A DNA stretch of 63,427 nt, filler included, from Eubacteriales bacterium (GTDB lineage Bacteria; Bacillota; Clostridia; Oscillospirales; CAG-382): NCBI GenBank assembly GCA_045636665.1. It is 5 parts of 5 records of this genome, joined end to end, with 100 filler letters (N's around TTAATTAATTAA, not from the genome) between each part and the next. Parts side by side here need not be neighbours in the genome. Positions count along the whole stretch, not along the records: positions 41,404 to 53,621 come from JAZTXY010000025.1; positions 53,722 to 63,427 come from JAZTXY010000026.1; 3 more parts are not named here. One strand, given 5' to 3'. Positions 51,098 through 62,426 of the stretch are shown here, in pieces. Under the pieces are notes generated by a model. That model made no database searches. It saw only the letters and a program-made list of their open reading frames with translations, and was not told where the DNA came from. The translations under genes were made by a program, and so were the position numbers. Numbering within the stretch: the stretch's first letter is position 1; each line of letters starts with the position of its first letter.

Positions 51098-51901
51098 TTA
51101 AGACATTTTATTGTAAAGGGTTTCGTAAAAGGCGTCCTTTTTAAGCTTTATCAGCTCAAGCGTGCGGTCGGATTTTGTAACGATTATCCTATCGCCGAGG
51201 TTAAGGTCGATAACGCTTCTGCCGTCGGAAATAAGTATGTTGCCGTTTTCAAGCTTGTTGTTATTGACCGCTTCAAGACGTGAATTGGGTGAAAATACCA
51301 TTGCTCTTGCGCCGAGTGCATGGGGACATATCGGGCAGACGCAAAACGCATCGAGCTTCGTATCGATAATAGGGCCGCCTGCGCTCATTGCGTAAGCGCT
51401 GGATCCCGTCGGCGTTGCGAAAATAATACCGTCTGCGCGGTAGGTACAAACCGTTGCGCCGTCGCAAAGCAGGTCGAAGCTTGCGATATCGCCGTCGGCG
51501 CGTCTTGAAATCACCGCCTCGTTAAGCGAGGTCGAGGTTGCGACGATTTCGCCGTTACGGACAACCTTTACGTCCAAAAGCATTCTTTTTTCGGTGTCAA
51601 AACCGCTTTTCAGCGCGGAAAGCATCGAAATTTCGCTGTTTTCAAGTCCGCTCATATAACCGAGCGTGCCGAAGTTTATCGACATTATCGGCTTGTTTTT
51701 GCGAAACGCAAGGCGCGCCGCGTTAAGCATCGTGCCGTCGCCGCCCAAGGCGATTATGGCATCGAAATCGTATTCGTTGCCGTTTATATATCTTTCGTGA
51801 GTAATGCCGACCGAATCGAGCATCGCTTCTATAGGCATTATTTCTGCTTCTCCGACGTTTCCTTTGGGGCTTATGAAGAGAAGTATTTTGTTGACCGTCA
51901 T
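51098..51901 (-). CDS. nadK: NAD kinase
   Basis: LGGDGTML, LNE, ADG...ATPTGSSAY.MSAGGP. Confidence 0.96.
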   Translation of the reverse strand: MTVNKILLFISPKGNVGEAEIMPIEAMLDSVGITHERYINGNEYDFDAIIALGGDGTMLNAARLAFRKNKPIMSINFGTLGYMSGLENSEISMLSALKSGFDTEKRMLLDVKVVRNGEIVATSTSLNEAVISRRADGDIASFDLLCDGATVCTYRADGIIFATPTGSSAYAMSAGGPIIDTKLDAFCVCPICPHALGARAMVFSPNSRLEAVNNNKLENGNILISDGRSVIDLNLGDRIIVTKSDRTLELIKLKKDAFYETLYNKMS

Positions 51902-51920
51902 TTGTGTTGCCCCCCTTGAA

Positions 51921-52649
51921 TTAATTTTTTATAAAAAGTGCAAGGTATTCCTTGTTGCCGTCACCGCCGACTATCGGCGAATCGGTTATTCCTTTTCGGG
52001 TAAATCCGAAATGTGATGCGCTCGCATCTGTTTTTTCAAGTATTTCTTTAATGATTTTGCCGTCCTTATCGTGCACGATACCGCCCTTGCCGATATGCTT
52101 TTTGCCTGCTTCGAATTGCGGCTTGATAAGGGTTATCATAATCTTGCCCGAGCTTAAAATATCCTCGCAGGCAGGGTAGATGAGCGTTTGCGAAATGAAC
52201 GAAACGTCCATAACGATAATATCGATTTCATCGTCGAAATCATCGCGCTTGGCATATCGCGCGTTGAAATTTTCCATAACCGTAACACGGCTGTCGTTTC
52301 GCAAATCATCGGCTAACTGCGCCGTGCCGACGTCGAGGGAATAGACCTTTTTTGCGCCGTTTTGAAGCAGACAGTCGGTAAATCCGCCCGTCGATGCGCC
52401 GATGTCAAGCGCGGTCATACCTTTTACGTCGATGCCGAATTCGTTTATTGCGTGGAAAAGCTTTTCGCCCGCACGGGAAACGAAGCGTTCGGTGTTTATA
52501 ACGCGGATATCCTCGTCGCCGTTGATTTCAAGCGATGCTTTTTCTGCCTTTTTGCCGTTTACGGTAACGTTGCCCGAATTTATCGCCGCTTGCGCCTTGC
52601 TTCGGCTTTTGAAAAAGCCGTTTTCGGTGAGAAACAAATCAAGTCGCAT
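51921..52649 (-). CDS. tlyA: TlyA-family rRNA 2'-O-methyltransferase
   Basis: S4 domain, VSRAGEKL, DIGASTGGFTDC, DVSFIS, LIKPQFE, GGDGNKEY. Confidence 0.96.
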   Translation of the reverse strand: MRLDLFLTENGFFKSRSKAQAAINSGNVTVNGKKAEKASLEINGDEDIRVINTERFVSRAGEKLFHAINEFGIDVKGMTALDIGASTGGFTDCLLQNGAKKVYSLDVGTAQLADDLRNDSRVTVMENFNARYAKRDDFDDEIDIIVMDVSFISQTLIYPACEDILSSGKIMITLIKPQFEAGKKHIGKGGIVHDKDGKIIKEILEKTDASASHFGFTRKGITDSPIVGGDGNKEYLALFIKN

Positions 52650-52652
52650 TTT

Positions 52653-53621
52653 TTATTCCCCCAAAGCGTTTGCAATCGATTCGGGCGAAAGCGAAAGCGA
52701 ATCCAAAAGGTCGTTATTGCTTCCGTGCTCGGGGAAAATGCCGTCGATTGCTTTGATGGTGAAACGTTTGCCGTCAAGCAGACCTCTTTCGGTCAGTTCG
52801 GCGCAAAGACGCTGTGCGATACCGCCGTTTTTAATGCCCTCCTCGGCAAACACGACGTTGTTGATGCCGTCGAGAAGCTTGATGATATTTTCGATAGGCA
52901 AGGGCGAAAGGGAAGTTAGGCTTATAACCCTTGCCGACTTGCCTCGGTTATTCAAAATTTCTGCCGCAAGGACTGCGTTTTCCTGCAATCTGCCGTAGGT
53001 GATTATTGCGTTTTCGGGCTTGACTCCGAAATCCTTAAAGATTGCGCCGTTTAACGCTTCAAAGCCGCCGCAATCGATATCACCGCTTTTCGGGTAGCGG
53101 ATAACAACGGGACCTTGCGCGTTGATTGCTTCGAGGAAGCATTTTTCAAGCGAATCGAAGCTGTTGGGAGAACAGAACGTAACGTTGGGTATCTCCGAAA
53201 TAAACGCGGTATCGAAAATGCCGTGGTGCGTTGCGCCGTCGTTTGCGACAAGACCTGCGCGGTCAAGCGCGATTATGACGTGAAGATTTTGCAATGCCGC
53301 ATCGTGTATCAATTGGTCAAATGCGCGTTGTGCAAAGGTGGAATATACCGCAAAGACGGGCACCATTCCCGCAACCGAAAGACCGCAGGCGAAGGTGAGC
53401 GCGTGCTCCTCGGCAATGCCGACGTCGAAAAACCGTTCGGGGAAGCGCTTTGCAAATTCGGATAAGCCCGTACCGTCGGGCATAGCCGCGGTGATTGCGG
53501 CGATTCTTTTATCGGTTTCGGCATATTTGCAAATCAACGAGCCGAATCTGTCGGAAAAGCTTTCGCCGTTTGATGCCTTTATCTTACCGCTTTCGGTGTC
53601 AAAGCCCGAAACACCGTGGAA
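52653..53621 (-). CDS. dxs: 1-deoxy-D-xylulose-5-phosphate synthase, C-terminal half
   Basis: ITAAMPDGTGL, FDVGIAEEHA, YSTF.QRAFDQ..HD, DRAG...DGATHHG, IRYPK. Confidence 0.96.
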   Translation of the reverse strand, partial: FHGVSGFDTESGKIKASNGESFSDRFGSLICKYAETDKRIAAITAAMPDGTGLSEFAKRFPERFFDVGIAEEHALTFACGLSVAGMVPVFAVYSTFAQRAFDQLIHDAALQNLHVIIALDRAGLVANDGATHHGIFDTAFISEIPNVTFCSPNSFDSLEKCFLEAINAQGPVVIRYPKSGDIDCGGFEALNGAIFKDFGVKPENAIITYGRLQENAVLAAEILNNRGKSARVISLTSLSPLPIENIIKLLDGINNVVFAEEGIKNGGIAQRLCAELTERGLLDGKRFTIKAIDGIFPEHGSNNDLLDSLSLSPESIANALGE

Positions 53622-53721
53622 NNNNNNNNNNNNNNNNNNNNNNNNNNNNNNNNNNNNNNNNNNNNTTAATTAATTAANNNNNNNNNNNNNNNNNNNNNNN
53701 NNNNNNNNNNNNNNNNNNNNN
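53622..53721. other. artificial contig linker
   Basis: N44-TTAATTAATTAA-N44. Confidence 0.99.
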
Positions 53722-55078
53722 TATATTCGGCATCCATACGGATGTAGTTATCGCGTATGTCGCCAATCGGCTTGTTCCATTCGCCGAAATATTCAACAAT
53801 AGCATCGTCAAGCGCGTTTCCCTTGTATTCGGGAAGACCGCGCGTTTTTTTCTTTTCTGCGGCGGTAATCTTGCGCGCGTCCGAGCAAATGAGCAGAAGC
53901 TTCAAAAGCTCCTCTGCCGCTTCGTCGGGACGTTTTTCGCGGTCGTAATTTCTTCCCGAAAGGAAAAGCCCCGTAAGTGCGATTCTTTTCGGCGGAAACG
54001 CAAGGTTTTTACCGCACATAACCGTGTTTGTCTTTGCAAGCGTGCCGATACAGTCGTATTTTTTTACAACTGTGCCATCCTCCGCCATCTTCTTAACGCC
54101 AAATCCGAGCGAGGCTGCGCAAAGCGAAACCATACTGTCGGCAAGCGAGCTTGCTCCTATCGCAAGCGCGGGAATGAACCATTCGGTAACGTCGGAATTG
54201 CAAATAACACCGATTGCGAGCAACGTGAAGCAGGCGATGACCGAAACGACCGAAACGGTTTTGCAAACCGCGTGGACGTATTTCATAATCGAGGGGGTGC
54301 TTTCGTCCTTGCCCGTACGCATTCTTTTTGCAAGTGTTTCATTGCCGATACGGCAAACGATTGCACTTGCGTGGCCCGAGGTTACAATACTGCCTGCGTA
54401 AACGCTGTTGGCGCAAATTACCTCGTTACCGCTTTTTGCAAGATAACGCGAATCCTTGTGCGCGCTTGCCGCTTGACCGCTGACGTGCGTTTCAAGTACC
54501 GCAAAATTCAAATCGTCGATAAGTCGGCAATCGGCAGGCACCATCATACCCTCCTCAAGCACGATAACGTCGCCCGGTACAAGCAATCTCGAATCGATCA
54601 TGCTTTCATCGCCGTCGCGCACGACCTTTGCCTTAAGCGAGGAATATTTCTTCGGCAGGCGCAAAGCAATGCTTGCTCGGTATTCGGCAAAGGCATTAAG
54701 CGCGGTTATCGCCGCAATAACGAATGCCATTGCCAAATAGCTCGGTACGTCGGGACGGTAGATATACATTATCACCGAGGAAAGGGTAAGGAATATGCCG
54801 ATAAGACCCTTTAGCTGGTTTTTAAGGCTGTCGCGGAAGGAAAGCGCAAATTCGCTTTTTAATTCGTTGACACCAAAAAGCTTGCGAGCTTTTTTGACCT
54901 GCTTTTGGGTTTTACCCATTACAAGGTCGCTTTCAAGCGCGTCCGCAACCTCAATCGGGTGCATTTCCTCGGGGGAGAAGGTCAATCCGTCGTCGCCATA
55001 GGAATCGGTAACGGTTTTTGTTTTCAATTTTTCTTGGTTGCCCGAAAATCCGTTTCGGGTGCTTTGGTTTCTGTCCAT
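53722..55078 (-). CDS. P-type (P2-like) cation ATPase homolog with degenerate catalytic motifs; 3' truncated
   Basis: FGVNEL, VVRDG, LVPGDVIVL, VPADCRLI and AGSIVTSG retained; TGES, PEGL and DKTGT positions are substituted. Confidence 0.85.
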
Positions 55079-55101
55079 AGAAAAATCTTCTTTGTTTAAA
55101 A

Positions 55102-57381
55102 TTATTTAAGTGTGGTTACTTTTACCTTGTCGTTTTTGACCGTGACCGAAATTTTTGTAATCGGCTCACGGTAGGATGCAACAATTTCGTTTGCAAGCTC
55201 ATCCTCAACGTCGGTCTGAATAAGACGGCGAAGATTTCTTGCGCCGTATTTTTCGGAATAGCCCTTTTCGGTAAGGTATTCCACAAGCTTGTCGGTATAA
55301 TTGAAGGTTATGCCCTTTTCGGCAAGTACGGTTTGCAAATCGCCAAGCATAATCTTGCAAATCTCGTTGAAATCTGCCTTGGTAAGACGGTTGAACACAA
55401 CGATTTCATCAACGCGGTTGATAAATTCGGGACGCAGGAAGGATTCCAACGCCTTCATAACCTTTGTCCTCTCGTTGCTTTGGACGCTTTCGCCGAAGCC
55501 CGCAACCGAGCCGCCCTCGTTACTGCCTGCGTTTGTGGTCATAATTATAACCGTGTTTTCAAAATTAACCTCTTTGCCGTGCGCATCGGTGATTCTGCCG
55601 TCGTCAAGTATCTGAAGCAGAATGTTCATAACGTCGGGATGCGCCTTTTCAATCTCGTCGAAAAGAATCACGGTATAGGGCTTTCTGCGAATCTTTTCGG
55701 TAAGCTGACCCGCATCGTCATATCCGACGTATCCGGGAGGCGAGCCGATAATGCGCGAAACCGAATGCTTTTCCATAAATTCGCTCATATCAAGGCGAAT
55801 CAATGCTTCGGGCGAATCGAAAAGATAACGCGCCAAAACCTTTACAAGCTCGGTCTTGCCGACACCCGTGCTTCCTGCAAAAATGAACGAAACCGGCTTC
55901 TTTTTATAAGAAATGCCTGCGCGCGAGCGCTTTATTGCCTTTGCGACCGAGGAAACGGCATTGTCCTGACCGATAATGCGCTTTTTGACCTCGTCCTCAA
56001 GACGTTCGATTTTAACAAATTCGTTTTCGCTGATGTTGGTTGCGGGGATTCCCGTCCAAACCTCAATAACACGCGCGATTTCGCCGTCGGAAAGGCAAAG
56101 CTTATCTCTTTCTGCAGAAAGCTCGTTAAAGCGAGCCTCCTTTTGAAGCAGATTCGATTTCAATTCCGCAATACGGCGGAAATCCTCGTCCTCGGGAGTA
56201 TCCTTGCTTTCAAGCGGAGAAAGCTCGTCGCGAATTTTCTTTATTTCATCGCTGATTTCCGAAATTTCGGTTATAAGCGGCGAATGCATCGCCATGTGCG
56301 CGCACGCCTCGTCCATAAGGTCAATCGCCTTGTCGGGAAGAAAGCGGTCGGTAATATATCGCTCGGAAAGGGTAACCATTCTGCGCACGAGATAGTCGGG
56401 AATATTGATTCCGTGGTGCGATTCATAGTATTTTTTGATGCCCAAAAGTATCTTAACGCTGTCCTCAATCGAGGGCTCGCCAATCATAACGGGTTGGAAA
56501 CGGCGCTCAAGCGCGGCATCCTTTTCGATATATTGGCGGTATTCCTTAAGCGTCGTTGCGCCGATAAGCTGAATCTCACCGCGTGAAAGCGCGGGCTTCA
56601 AGATATTTGCGGCATTCATACCGCCCTCGGCATTGCCTGCGCCGACGATGGAATGAACCTCGTCGATAACGAGTATCGCGTTGCCCGATTTTTTGGTTTC
56701 CTCAATAAGTCCGCGCATACGGTTTTCAAACTGTCCGCGGAATTGAGTGCCTGCAACGATTGCAGTCATATCGACAAGATAAATTTCCTTGTCCTTAAGC
56801 TTATAAGGCACCTCGCCGCTTGCGATTTTCTGTGCAAGTGCTTCGGCAACTGCGGTCTTACCGACACCGGGCTCACCGATAAGGCAGGGGTTGTTCTTTT
56901 GACGTCTTGTGAGAATTTGAATAACGCGTTCAAGCTCGTTATCACGTCCGATAATATTGTCAAGCTTGTTTTCTCTTGCGCGTTCGGTAAGGCAAATGCA
57001 AAAATCGCGCAGGTAGCTCATACCTCTTTTGCCCTTTTCCTTGGGCTTTGCGTTACCCCTTGCTTCGTTTTCGTTTGCTTTGTCGTTGCTTTCAACAGGC
57101 TTGTTGTTGCCGAAAAAGGAATTGATGTCGATCGAGGGAGCTCTGCCCTCCTCGTCACCTTCGTTTTCAAAGGGAATCATTTCGTTCATTCCCTCGCTTA
57201 TCGCATCAAGCTCCTCGGGGCTTATATTCATTTGATTTATAATATCGTCAATCGGCTTAATGCCAAGCTCTTGGGCGCATTTAATGCAAAAACCCTCGCT
57301 GGTAATCTTGCCGCCAACGTTTTTCTGGACGAAAATTATCGCAGGGCGCATCTTACAGCGCGAGCATCTTTTTAATTCCAT
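55102..57381 (-). CDS. Clp protease ATP-binding subunit (ClpC/ClpE-like, N-terminal Zn finger)
   Basis: N-terminal CxxC...Cxx[52 protein letters not shown]. Confidence 0.95.
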   Translation of the reverse strand: MELKRCSRCKMRPAIIFVQKNVGGKITSEGFCIKCAQELGIKPIDDIINQMNISPEELDAISEGMNEMIPFENEGDEEGRAPSIDINSFFGNNKPVESNDKANENEARGNAKPKEKGKRGMSYLRDFCICLTERARENKLDNIIGRDNELERVIQILTRRQKNNPCLIGEPGVGKTAVAEALAQKIASGEVPYKLKDKEIYLVDMTAIVAGTQFRGQFENRMRGLIEETKKSGNAILVIDEVHSIVGAGNAEGGMNAANILKPALSRGEIQLIGATTLKEYRQYIEKDAALERRFQPVMIGEPSIEDSVKILLGIKKYYESHHGINIPDYLVRRMVTLSERYITDRFLPDKAIDLMDEACAHMAMHSPLITEISEISDEIKKIRDELSPLESKDTPEDEDFRRIAELKSNLLQKEARFNELSAERDKLCLSDGEIARVIEVWTGIPATNISENEFVKIERLEDEVKKRIIGQDNAVSSVAKAIKRSRAGISYKKKPVSFIFAGSTGVGKTELVKVLARYLFDSPEALIRLDMSEFMEKHSVSRIIGSPPGYVGYDDAGQLTEKIRRKPYTVILFDEIEKAHPDVMNILLQILDDGRITDAHGKEVNFENTVIIMTTNAGSNEGGSVAGFGESVQSNERTKVMKALESFLRPEFINRVDEIVVFNRLTKADFNEICKIMLGDLQTVLAEKGITFNYTDKLVEYLTEKGYSEKYGARNLRRLIQTDVEDELANEIVASYREPITKISVTVKNDKVKVTTLK

Positions 57382-57397
57382 CTAAAAAATCACCTCG

Positions 57398-57958
57398 TTA
57401 TTTGCCATCGGTTTTGTTTGATTCGTTTGTGTCTGCCAAGGTTTTCATCGTTCTTATGCAGTACATTACCAACGCAAATATCATTGTGGTAAGGATAAGC
57501 ATTGCCACGGTAATGTCGAAAATAAGGCTTTCGCGGAATATGATTCTGAAGAATGCGCAGCCGAAAAGAATTATCGTTGCGACCTTGCCGTACCAAAGCG
57601 CCTGAACGACAACGTGCTTGCGCTTGATAACGACCATTCCGCCGATGAGCATAAGCGTTTCCTTGATGAACATGGGGATAACCACAAGAAGAAACACAAG
57701 ATTGTCAACGGCAAAGCATATTGCCGCCGTAAACTGCATCGCCTTGTCGGCAAGCGGATCGAGCCATTTGCCAAGGTCGGTTATCCAATTATTTCGCCTT
57801 GCAAGATATCCGTCCAATGCGTCGGTTATCCAGGCAAGCATATAAACGCCTGCCGCGATAAGCGAATGGGGCATCGTGTCAAATGCGAAATAGGTATAAA
57901 CGAAAACGGGAATCATTAACAATCTGATAAAGGAGAGTATATTCGGGATATTTTTCAT
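57398..57958 (-). CDS. CDP-alcohol phosphatidyltransferase (PgsA-like)
   Basis: NIPNILS..R, TDALDGYLARR....T.LGK.LDPLADK. Confidence 0.93.
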   Translation of the reverse strand: MKNIPNILSFIRLLMIPVFVYTYFAFDTMPHSLIAAGVYMLAWITDALDGYLARRNNWITDLGKWLDPLADKAMQFTAAICFAVDNLVFLLVVIPMFIKETLMLIGGMVVIKRKHVVVQALWYGKVATIILFGCAFFRIIFRESLIFDITVAMLILTTMIFALVMYCIRTMKTLADTNESNKTDGK

Positions 57959-58022
57959 TTTTCACACCATATTGTTTCCGATTGTTGCGAAAACAAAACC
58001 TTTTAGACCTCTTTTTTATGCT

Positions 58023-58727
58023 TTACATAAAGAACGCGAACGCTTCGATTTCACCCAAAAGCTTAAACAGGAACGTGCTTTGCGGATCGAGCCCCGACAA
58101 AAAGTCGCTGTTAAGGAAACTTGCGTTTTCGATAAGCAGGTTCATTATAAAGCAGAAAAGGCAAACGCGGAAAAGCGCAAGAACACAGCCCAAAAGTATG
58201 CCAAGACCCTTGTTTGCCGTACGAAGCACGGGAAGATTTGCAAGCTTGTTAAGGAAGAATGCCGCAATGGCAAGTAAAATTTGCGTTCCTATGTAAAGTA
58301 TAACGATTGCCGTAAGCTTTGCGAGAAGACTTACTATCGGCTTGGAAATAAATTCCGCCGCGCGTGTTAAAACGTCCTCGCCGTTTGCGCTTTCGCTGTT
58401 ATACCAATCGATAAAATCGCTTTTTTCAACCCCTGCGAGCGAAAGCAATGCGTTAAGCCCTTCGGATTCGCCGTTTACGAATTGTTGAAGCCCTTCTTCG
58501 TCGAAGATAGAGTCCTTAACCATATCGGTAACCGACGTTTCAACCGTTTCGGCAAAGGGAGCTTCCATAAGCGCCTGCTCGAGAGGGGATGCGAAAGCTG
58601 CGGTAAGCGCAATGGATATTACAAACGAAAGCGCGCTTATCGCCGTCTTTACAAAACCGTTTTTAGCCGCAAAATATACCGTAATCGCGATTATTGCAAT
58701 TATAATAAAGTCAAGTAAAAAGCTCAT
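58023..58727 (-). CDS. CvpA family membrane protein
   Basis: LDFIII...A.KNGFVK, NKGLG..LG. Confidence 0.8.
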   Translation of the reverse strand: MSFLLDFIIIAIIAITVYFAAKNGFVKTAISALSFVISIALTAAFASPLEQALMEAPFAETVETSVTDMVKDSIFDEEGLQQFVNGESEGLNALLSLAGVEKSDFIDWYNSESANGEDVLTRAAEFISKPIVSLLAKLTAIVILYIGTQILLAIAAFFLNKLANLPVLRTANKGLGILLGCVLALFRVCLFCFIMNLLIENASFLNSDFLSGLDPQSTFLFKLLGEIEAFAFFM

Positions 58728-59962
58728 TTTGATTCATCCTTTCCTAAAAAGCTGTCCTTGTTAAAGTATTCCGCTTGGTTTTCCGAGAACAGTATTATCG
58801 AATCGCCGTCGCGCACCAAAGCCGAATAGGACGTGGGTATTTCGTATTTTTCCTCCTCGCCGCTTTCGATATTGCAAACCGTAAGCACACCGGGGGAGAG
58901 GGTATAAAGAACGTTTCCGCAAACGGTTGCATCGGAAAGCGCCGTGTCAAACCGTTTTGTATATTCAACGCTTCCGTCGTTGCGGTAGATTACCGTTTCG
59001 GTACCGCCCGAAAGACCTTCGAGCCCGTAATTTATCAATGAACGCGCTCCGAAAACCTTGCCCGAAAGCAATTTGCGGTTGGCAAAGGATATTTCCGAAA
59101 CGATTTCGTTATTTTCGTTGAACGATCTCAGCGTGTCCGTGGTAAGCAGACGGTAGCCGTTTTCTGTGTAATATATGCCTAAGGGTATCTCTCCTATGAA
59201 TTCCTGCGAGAATACCGCATCCTTCGAGTTTATCGAGAATTTCGATATCTGGGTTGCAAGGTTGCCGTTTTTGGAATATTGCGCCGCAACGATAAATTCC
59301 TGACCGTTTGGCGACATTGCGGCAAAGTTTGCATATTTATCGCTGAAAAAGCGCGAATAGCGAATGCGGAATTCGCTGTCGTAAACGTAAACCGCCGAGC
59401 GATATCCCTTTGCCGAGCTTACAACACAAAACTCGCCGTTTGCCGATGCATCGACAAAATGTATCGGATAATCGAAATTCATTTTCGAAAGACGGGAATA
59501 GGAATTGAATATCCGCAATTCCTTACCGCCCAAGTCGTAACAGAAAATATTTTTCCCGTTTTCGATTATCTTCGGATGGTCAAACGAAAAGCTGTCGCGC
59601 AAAATCACCTCGGCATCCCAGCCGGTAACGGTAAGTCCGTTTTCGTTAAGCACCGCCAAATCACCCTTGTAAATAAGTCCGCGGTTGCCTGTGCTTCCGT
59701 CGAAGGAAATAAGACTGCCCTTAAAGGTTTCCTCGTCCTCACCCACGTTTAAAAACTTCATCATATAATCGAAGTTATCAACGGTTATTTCACTGCTGTG
59801 GAAGGAAAAGGAATAAACCCCGAACAAAACGATGAACAGAAGCACCGCGTAACGCATAAACGACGCCTTGCGCGCAAGCTTAATGTAATGCGATTGCACC
59901 GTGGGAGTTTCTTGCTTATTCTTTTTTGTGTTTTTGTCCTTAAACCAAGAAAAAGCGCCCAT
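58724..59962 (-). CDS. membrane-anchored beta-propeller-like protein (DUF5711-like)
   Basis: One N-terminal TM, YDLGG and GYRSAV.VY motifs, upstream of cvpA. Confidence 0.7.
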   Translation of the reverse strand: MGAFSWFKDKNTKKNKQETPTVQSHYIKLARKASFMRYAVLLFIVLFGVYSFSFHSSEITVDNFDYMMKFLNVGEDEETFKGSLISFDGSTGNRGLIYKGDLAVLNENGLTVTGWDAEVILRDSFSFDHPKIIENGKNIFCYDLGGKELRIFNSYSRLSKMNFDYPIHFVDASANGEFCVVSSAKGYRSAVYVYDSEFRIRYSRFFSDKYANFAAMSPNGQEFIVAAQYSKNGNLATQISKFSINSKDAVFSQEFIGEIPLGIYYTENGYRLLTTDTLRSFNENNEIVSEISFANRKLLSGKVFGARSLINYGLEGLSGGTETVIYRNDGSVEYTKRFDTALSDATVCGNVLYTLSPGVLTVCNIESGEEEKYEIPTSYSALVRDGDSIILFSENQAEYFNKDSFLGKDESK

Positions 59963-59972
59963 ATTTGTTCCT

Positions 59973-60710
59973 TTAATAAAAAACTTTGTTTAACGTCAAG
60001 CCCTTTGCGGGTGCGGTTATACCCGCGTTTGCGCGGTCGCGCGAGTCGATAATTTCCTTTATCGGCAAAAGCCTTGTACCCGATGCCGCCTCGACGACGG
60101 TGCCGACCATAATTCTTACCATATTATAAAGGAATCCGTCCGCCGCAACCGTAAAGATGACGTTTTCACCCTCGCGTACGGCGTTGAAGTATTTAATTTC
60201 GCGTACGGCATCGATTATTTTCGAGCCGCTCGCCATAAATGCCGAAAAATCGTGTCTGCCGACAAATTCCTTGCAAAGCGCGTTCGCAATATCTTCGTCG
60301 ATATGCCTTTGAAACTGCCAAGCGGTATCGGCAGTAAACGGGTCGCGCAGACGGCTGTTATGAACTGTGTAAACGTATTCCTTGCCCTTTGCGCCGTAAC
60401 GGGGATGAAACCCGTCGGGAGCAACGCTTGCTTCGAGAATGGCAATATCCTCGGGCAATTTTGTGTTTATCGCAAGCGGAAGCGAATTTAGGGGAATGCT
60501 CGGCAGCTCTTTACCGCTTACCAAAGCGACAAAGCCCCTTGCGTGTACGCCCGAATCGGTTCTGCTGCAGCCCGTAACGTCAACCCTGCATCCGAAAACC
60601 GATTCGCACGCGGCTTGAATCACCGCTTGCACAGTAAGCTTTTCGGGCTGTACCTGCCAACCGCAGTAATTTGTGCCCTTATATGCAATTTTTAGAATAT
60701 ATCCCTGCAT
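59973..60710 (-). CDS. truA: tRNA pseudouridine(38-40) synthase
   Basis: YKGTNYCGWQVQ, SRTDSGVHA, GFLYNMVRIMVG, TAPAKGL. Confidence 0.97.
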   Translation of the reverse strand: MQGYILKIAYKGTNYCGWQVQPEKLTVQAVIQAACESVFGCRVDVTGCSRTDSGVHARGFVALVSGKELPSIPLNSLPLAINTKLPEDIAILEASVAPDGFHPRYGAKGKEYVYTVHNSRLRDPFTADTAWQFQRHIDEDIANALCKEFVGRHDFSAFMASGSKIIDAVREIKYFNAVREGENVIFTVAADGFLYNMVRIMVGTVVEAASGTRLLPIKEIIDSRDRANAGITAPAKGLTLNKVFY

Positions 60711-61537
60711 AATTCAATTATTCCTGCGACCGTTATATTGTTAATGAAGAAAATTGCGACCGTCAAAAGGGTAGTGAACGCGAAGAAAACGTAATCTCGC
60801 GCGCAGGATTTCATCACCTTAAGCTTCGTTCTGCCGTCACCGCCGTGATAGCAACGGCATTCCATTGCATCGGCAAGCTCCTCGGCGCGTCGTACCGCCG
60901 AAACGAAAAGGGGAATGAGTATCGGAATAAGCGCCTTGATGCGCCTAAAGATATTTCCGCTTTCGAAATCGGCGCATCTTGCCTTTTGCGCGGATATTAT
61001 CTTGTTCGTTTCCTCGATAAGGGTGGGGATGAAGCGAAGCGCGATCGACATCATCATCGCAAACTCGTGAACGGGCACGCGGATGACCTTAAGCGGCGAA
61101 AGAACGCTTTCGATAGCATCGGTAAGCTCAAGCGGACTCGTTGTGAACGAAATAAGCACGCTCGAGCCCAAAACGAGCGAAAGCAAGCGCAAAAGCATCA
61201 TCACCGCATTGCGGATGCCTTCCTTATATATAGTTATAAATTTCCAATCAACAAGCGGTTCGCTTTCGCCCGTTGTGAAAAACAAATTTATCACAGCGGT
61301 GAATATCAGCACGAAAATAAGCGGCTTTACCGATTTTATCAGTATTCTGAACTTAACACCCGAAACGGCGATAAGAAATACCGTAAAGGAAAGCGATACT
61401 GCCGCCGCAAGCTCACTGCTTGCGACAAGCACGAAAATCAAATATTCGATAAGTATCAAAAGCTTTATTCTCGGGTCGGTTCTGTGCAAAAGCGAATTGC
61501 CGGGATAATATTGACCGAACGTTACGTCTTTAAGCAT
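60692..61537 (-). CDS. ecfT: ECF transporter transmembrane component
   Basis: GQYYPG.S.LHR.DPR, IALRFIPTL, AQKAR, AMECRCY. Confidence 0.95.
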   Translation of the reverse strand: MLKDVTFGQYYPGNSLLHRTDPRIKLLILIEYLIFVLVASSELAAAVSLSFTVFLIAVSGVKFRILIKSVKPLIFVLIFTAVINLFFTTGESEPLVDWKFITIYKEGIRNAVMMLLRLLSLVLGSSVLISFTTSPLELTDAIESVLSPLKVIRVPVHEFAMMMSIALRFIPTLIEETNKIISAQKARCADFESGNIFRRIKALIPILIPLFVSAVRRAEELADAMECRCYHGGDGRTKLKVMKSCARDYVFFAFTTLLTVAIFFINNITVAGIIELCRDIF

Positions 61538-61565
61538 TTTGTGTTCCTAATTTTGTCCAAAAGGT

Positions 61566-62426
61566 TTATTTTGCGGTTATTAATTTCTCGATTTCTTTTT
61601 TTGCATAGCCGACGCTGTAAACGTCGGTATCCTTTACAAGGTTGCGCTTCTTCAGCTCGATAAAAAGCTTGGTTATCTGAGGCAGGTCGAGATTTGCATC
61701 GAAAAGCCGTTCTGCCTGCATAAATATATCCTCAACACCGCCCTGCATATAAATTTCGCCGTCCTTCATAACAAGTATCTCGTCGGCATATTTTGCAATA
61801 TCCTCCATACTGTGCGAAATTATAAGCAGTGTTGCGCCATAGGTGTTTTTATATTCCACCAAGCCCGAAAGAATTTCCTCCTTGCCCTTGGGGTCAAGCC
61901 CTGCGGCAGGTTCGTCAAGCACCAATATTTCGGGGCGCATCGCAAGAACGCCTGCAATGGCGGCGCGCCTTTTCTGTCCGCCCGAAAGCTCAAAGGGTGA
62001 GCGTCTAAGCTCCTTTTCGCTCAAACCGCAAAACTGTGCGGCAAGCTTAACGCGAGTCTTTATCTCCTCGTCGGAAAGCTTCATATTCTTCGGACCGAAA
62101 GCTATATCGTCCTCGACCGTTTCGTCGAAAAGCTGATATTCGGGATATTGGAAAACCAAACCGACACGGCTTCGGATTTTTATCATTTCCTTCGGCTTTG
62201 CCCAGATATTCTCGCCGTCAAGCAGAATTTCGCCGCTTGTCGGCTTTAAAAGTCCGTTGGTAAGCGATGCAAGCGTGCTTTTACCGCTTCCCGTGTGACC
62301 GATAATGCCGGTTATCTCGCCCTTGGGGAACGAGGTGGTTATATTGTTAAGCGCGGCCTTACGAAAGGGCGAGCCCTCGCCGTAAATAACGCTTACGTTT
62401 TTAAATTCAAGCGCGTAATTTTTCAT
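61566..62426 (-). CDS. ecfA2: ECF transporter ATPase 2
   Basis: GHTGSGKST, FQYPEYQLF, SPFELSGGQKRR, DEPAAGLDP. Confidence 0.95.
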   Translation of the reverse strand: MKNYALEFKNVSVIYGEGSPFRKAALNNITTSFPKGEITGIIGHTGSGKSTLASLTNGLLKPTSGEILLDGENIWAKPKEMIKIRSRVGLVFQYPEYQLFDETVEDDIAFGPKNMKLSDEEIKTRVKLAAQFCGLSEKELRRSPFELSGGQKRRAAIAGVLAMRPEILVLDEPAAGLDPKGKEEILSGLVEYKNTYGATLLIISHSMEDIAKYADEILVMKDGEIYMQGGVEDIFMQAERLFDANLDLPQITKLFIELKKRNLVKDTDVYSVGYAKKEIEKLITAK

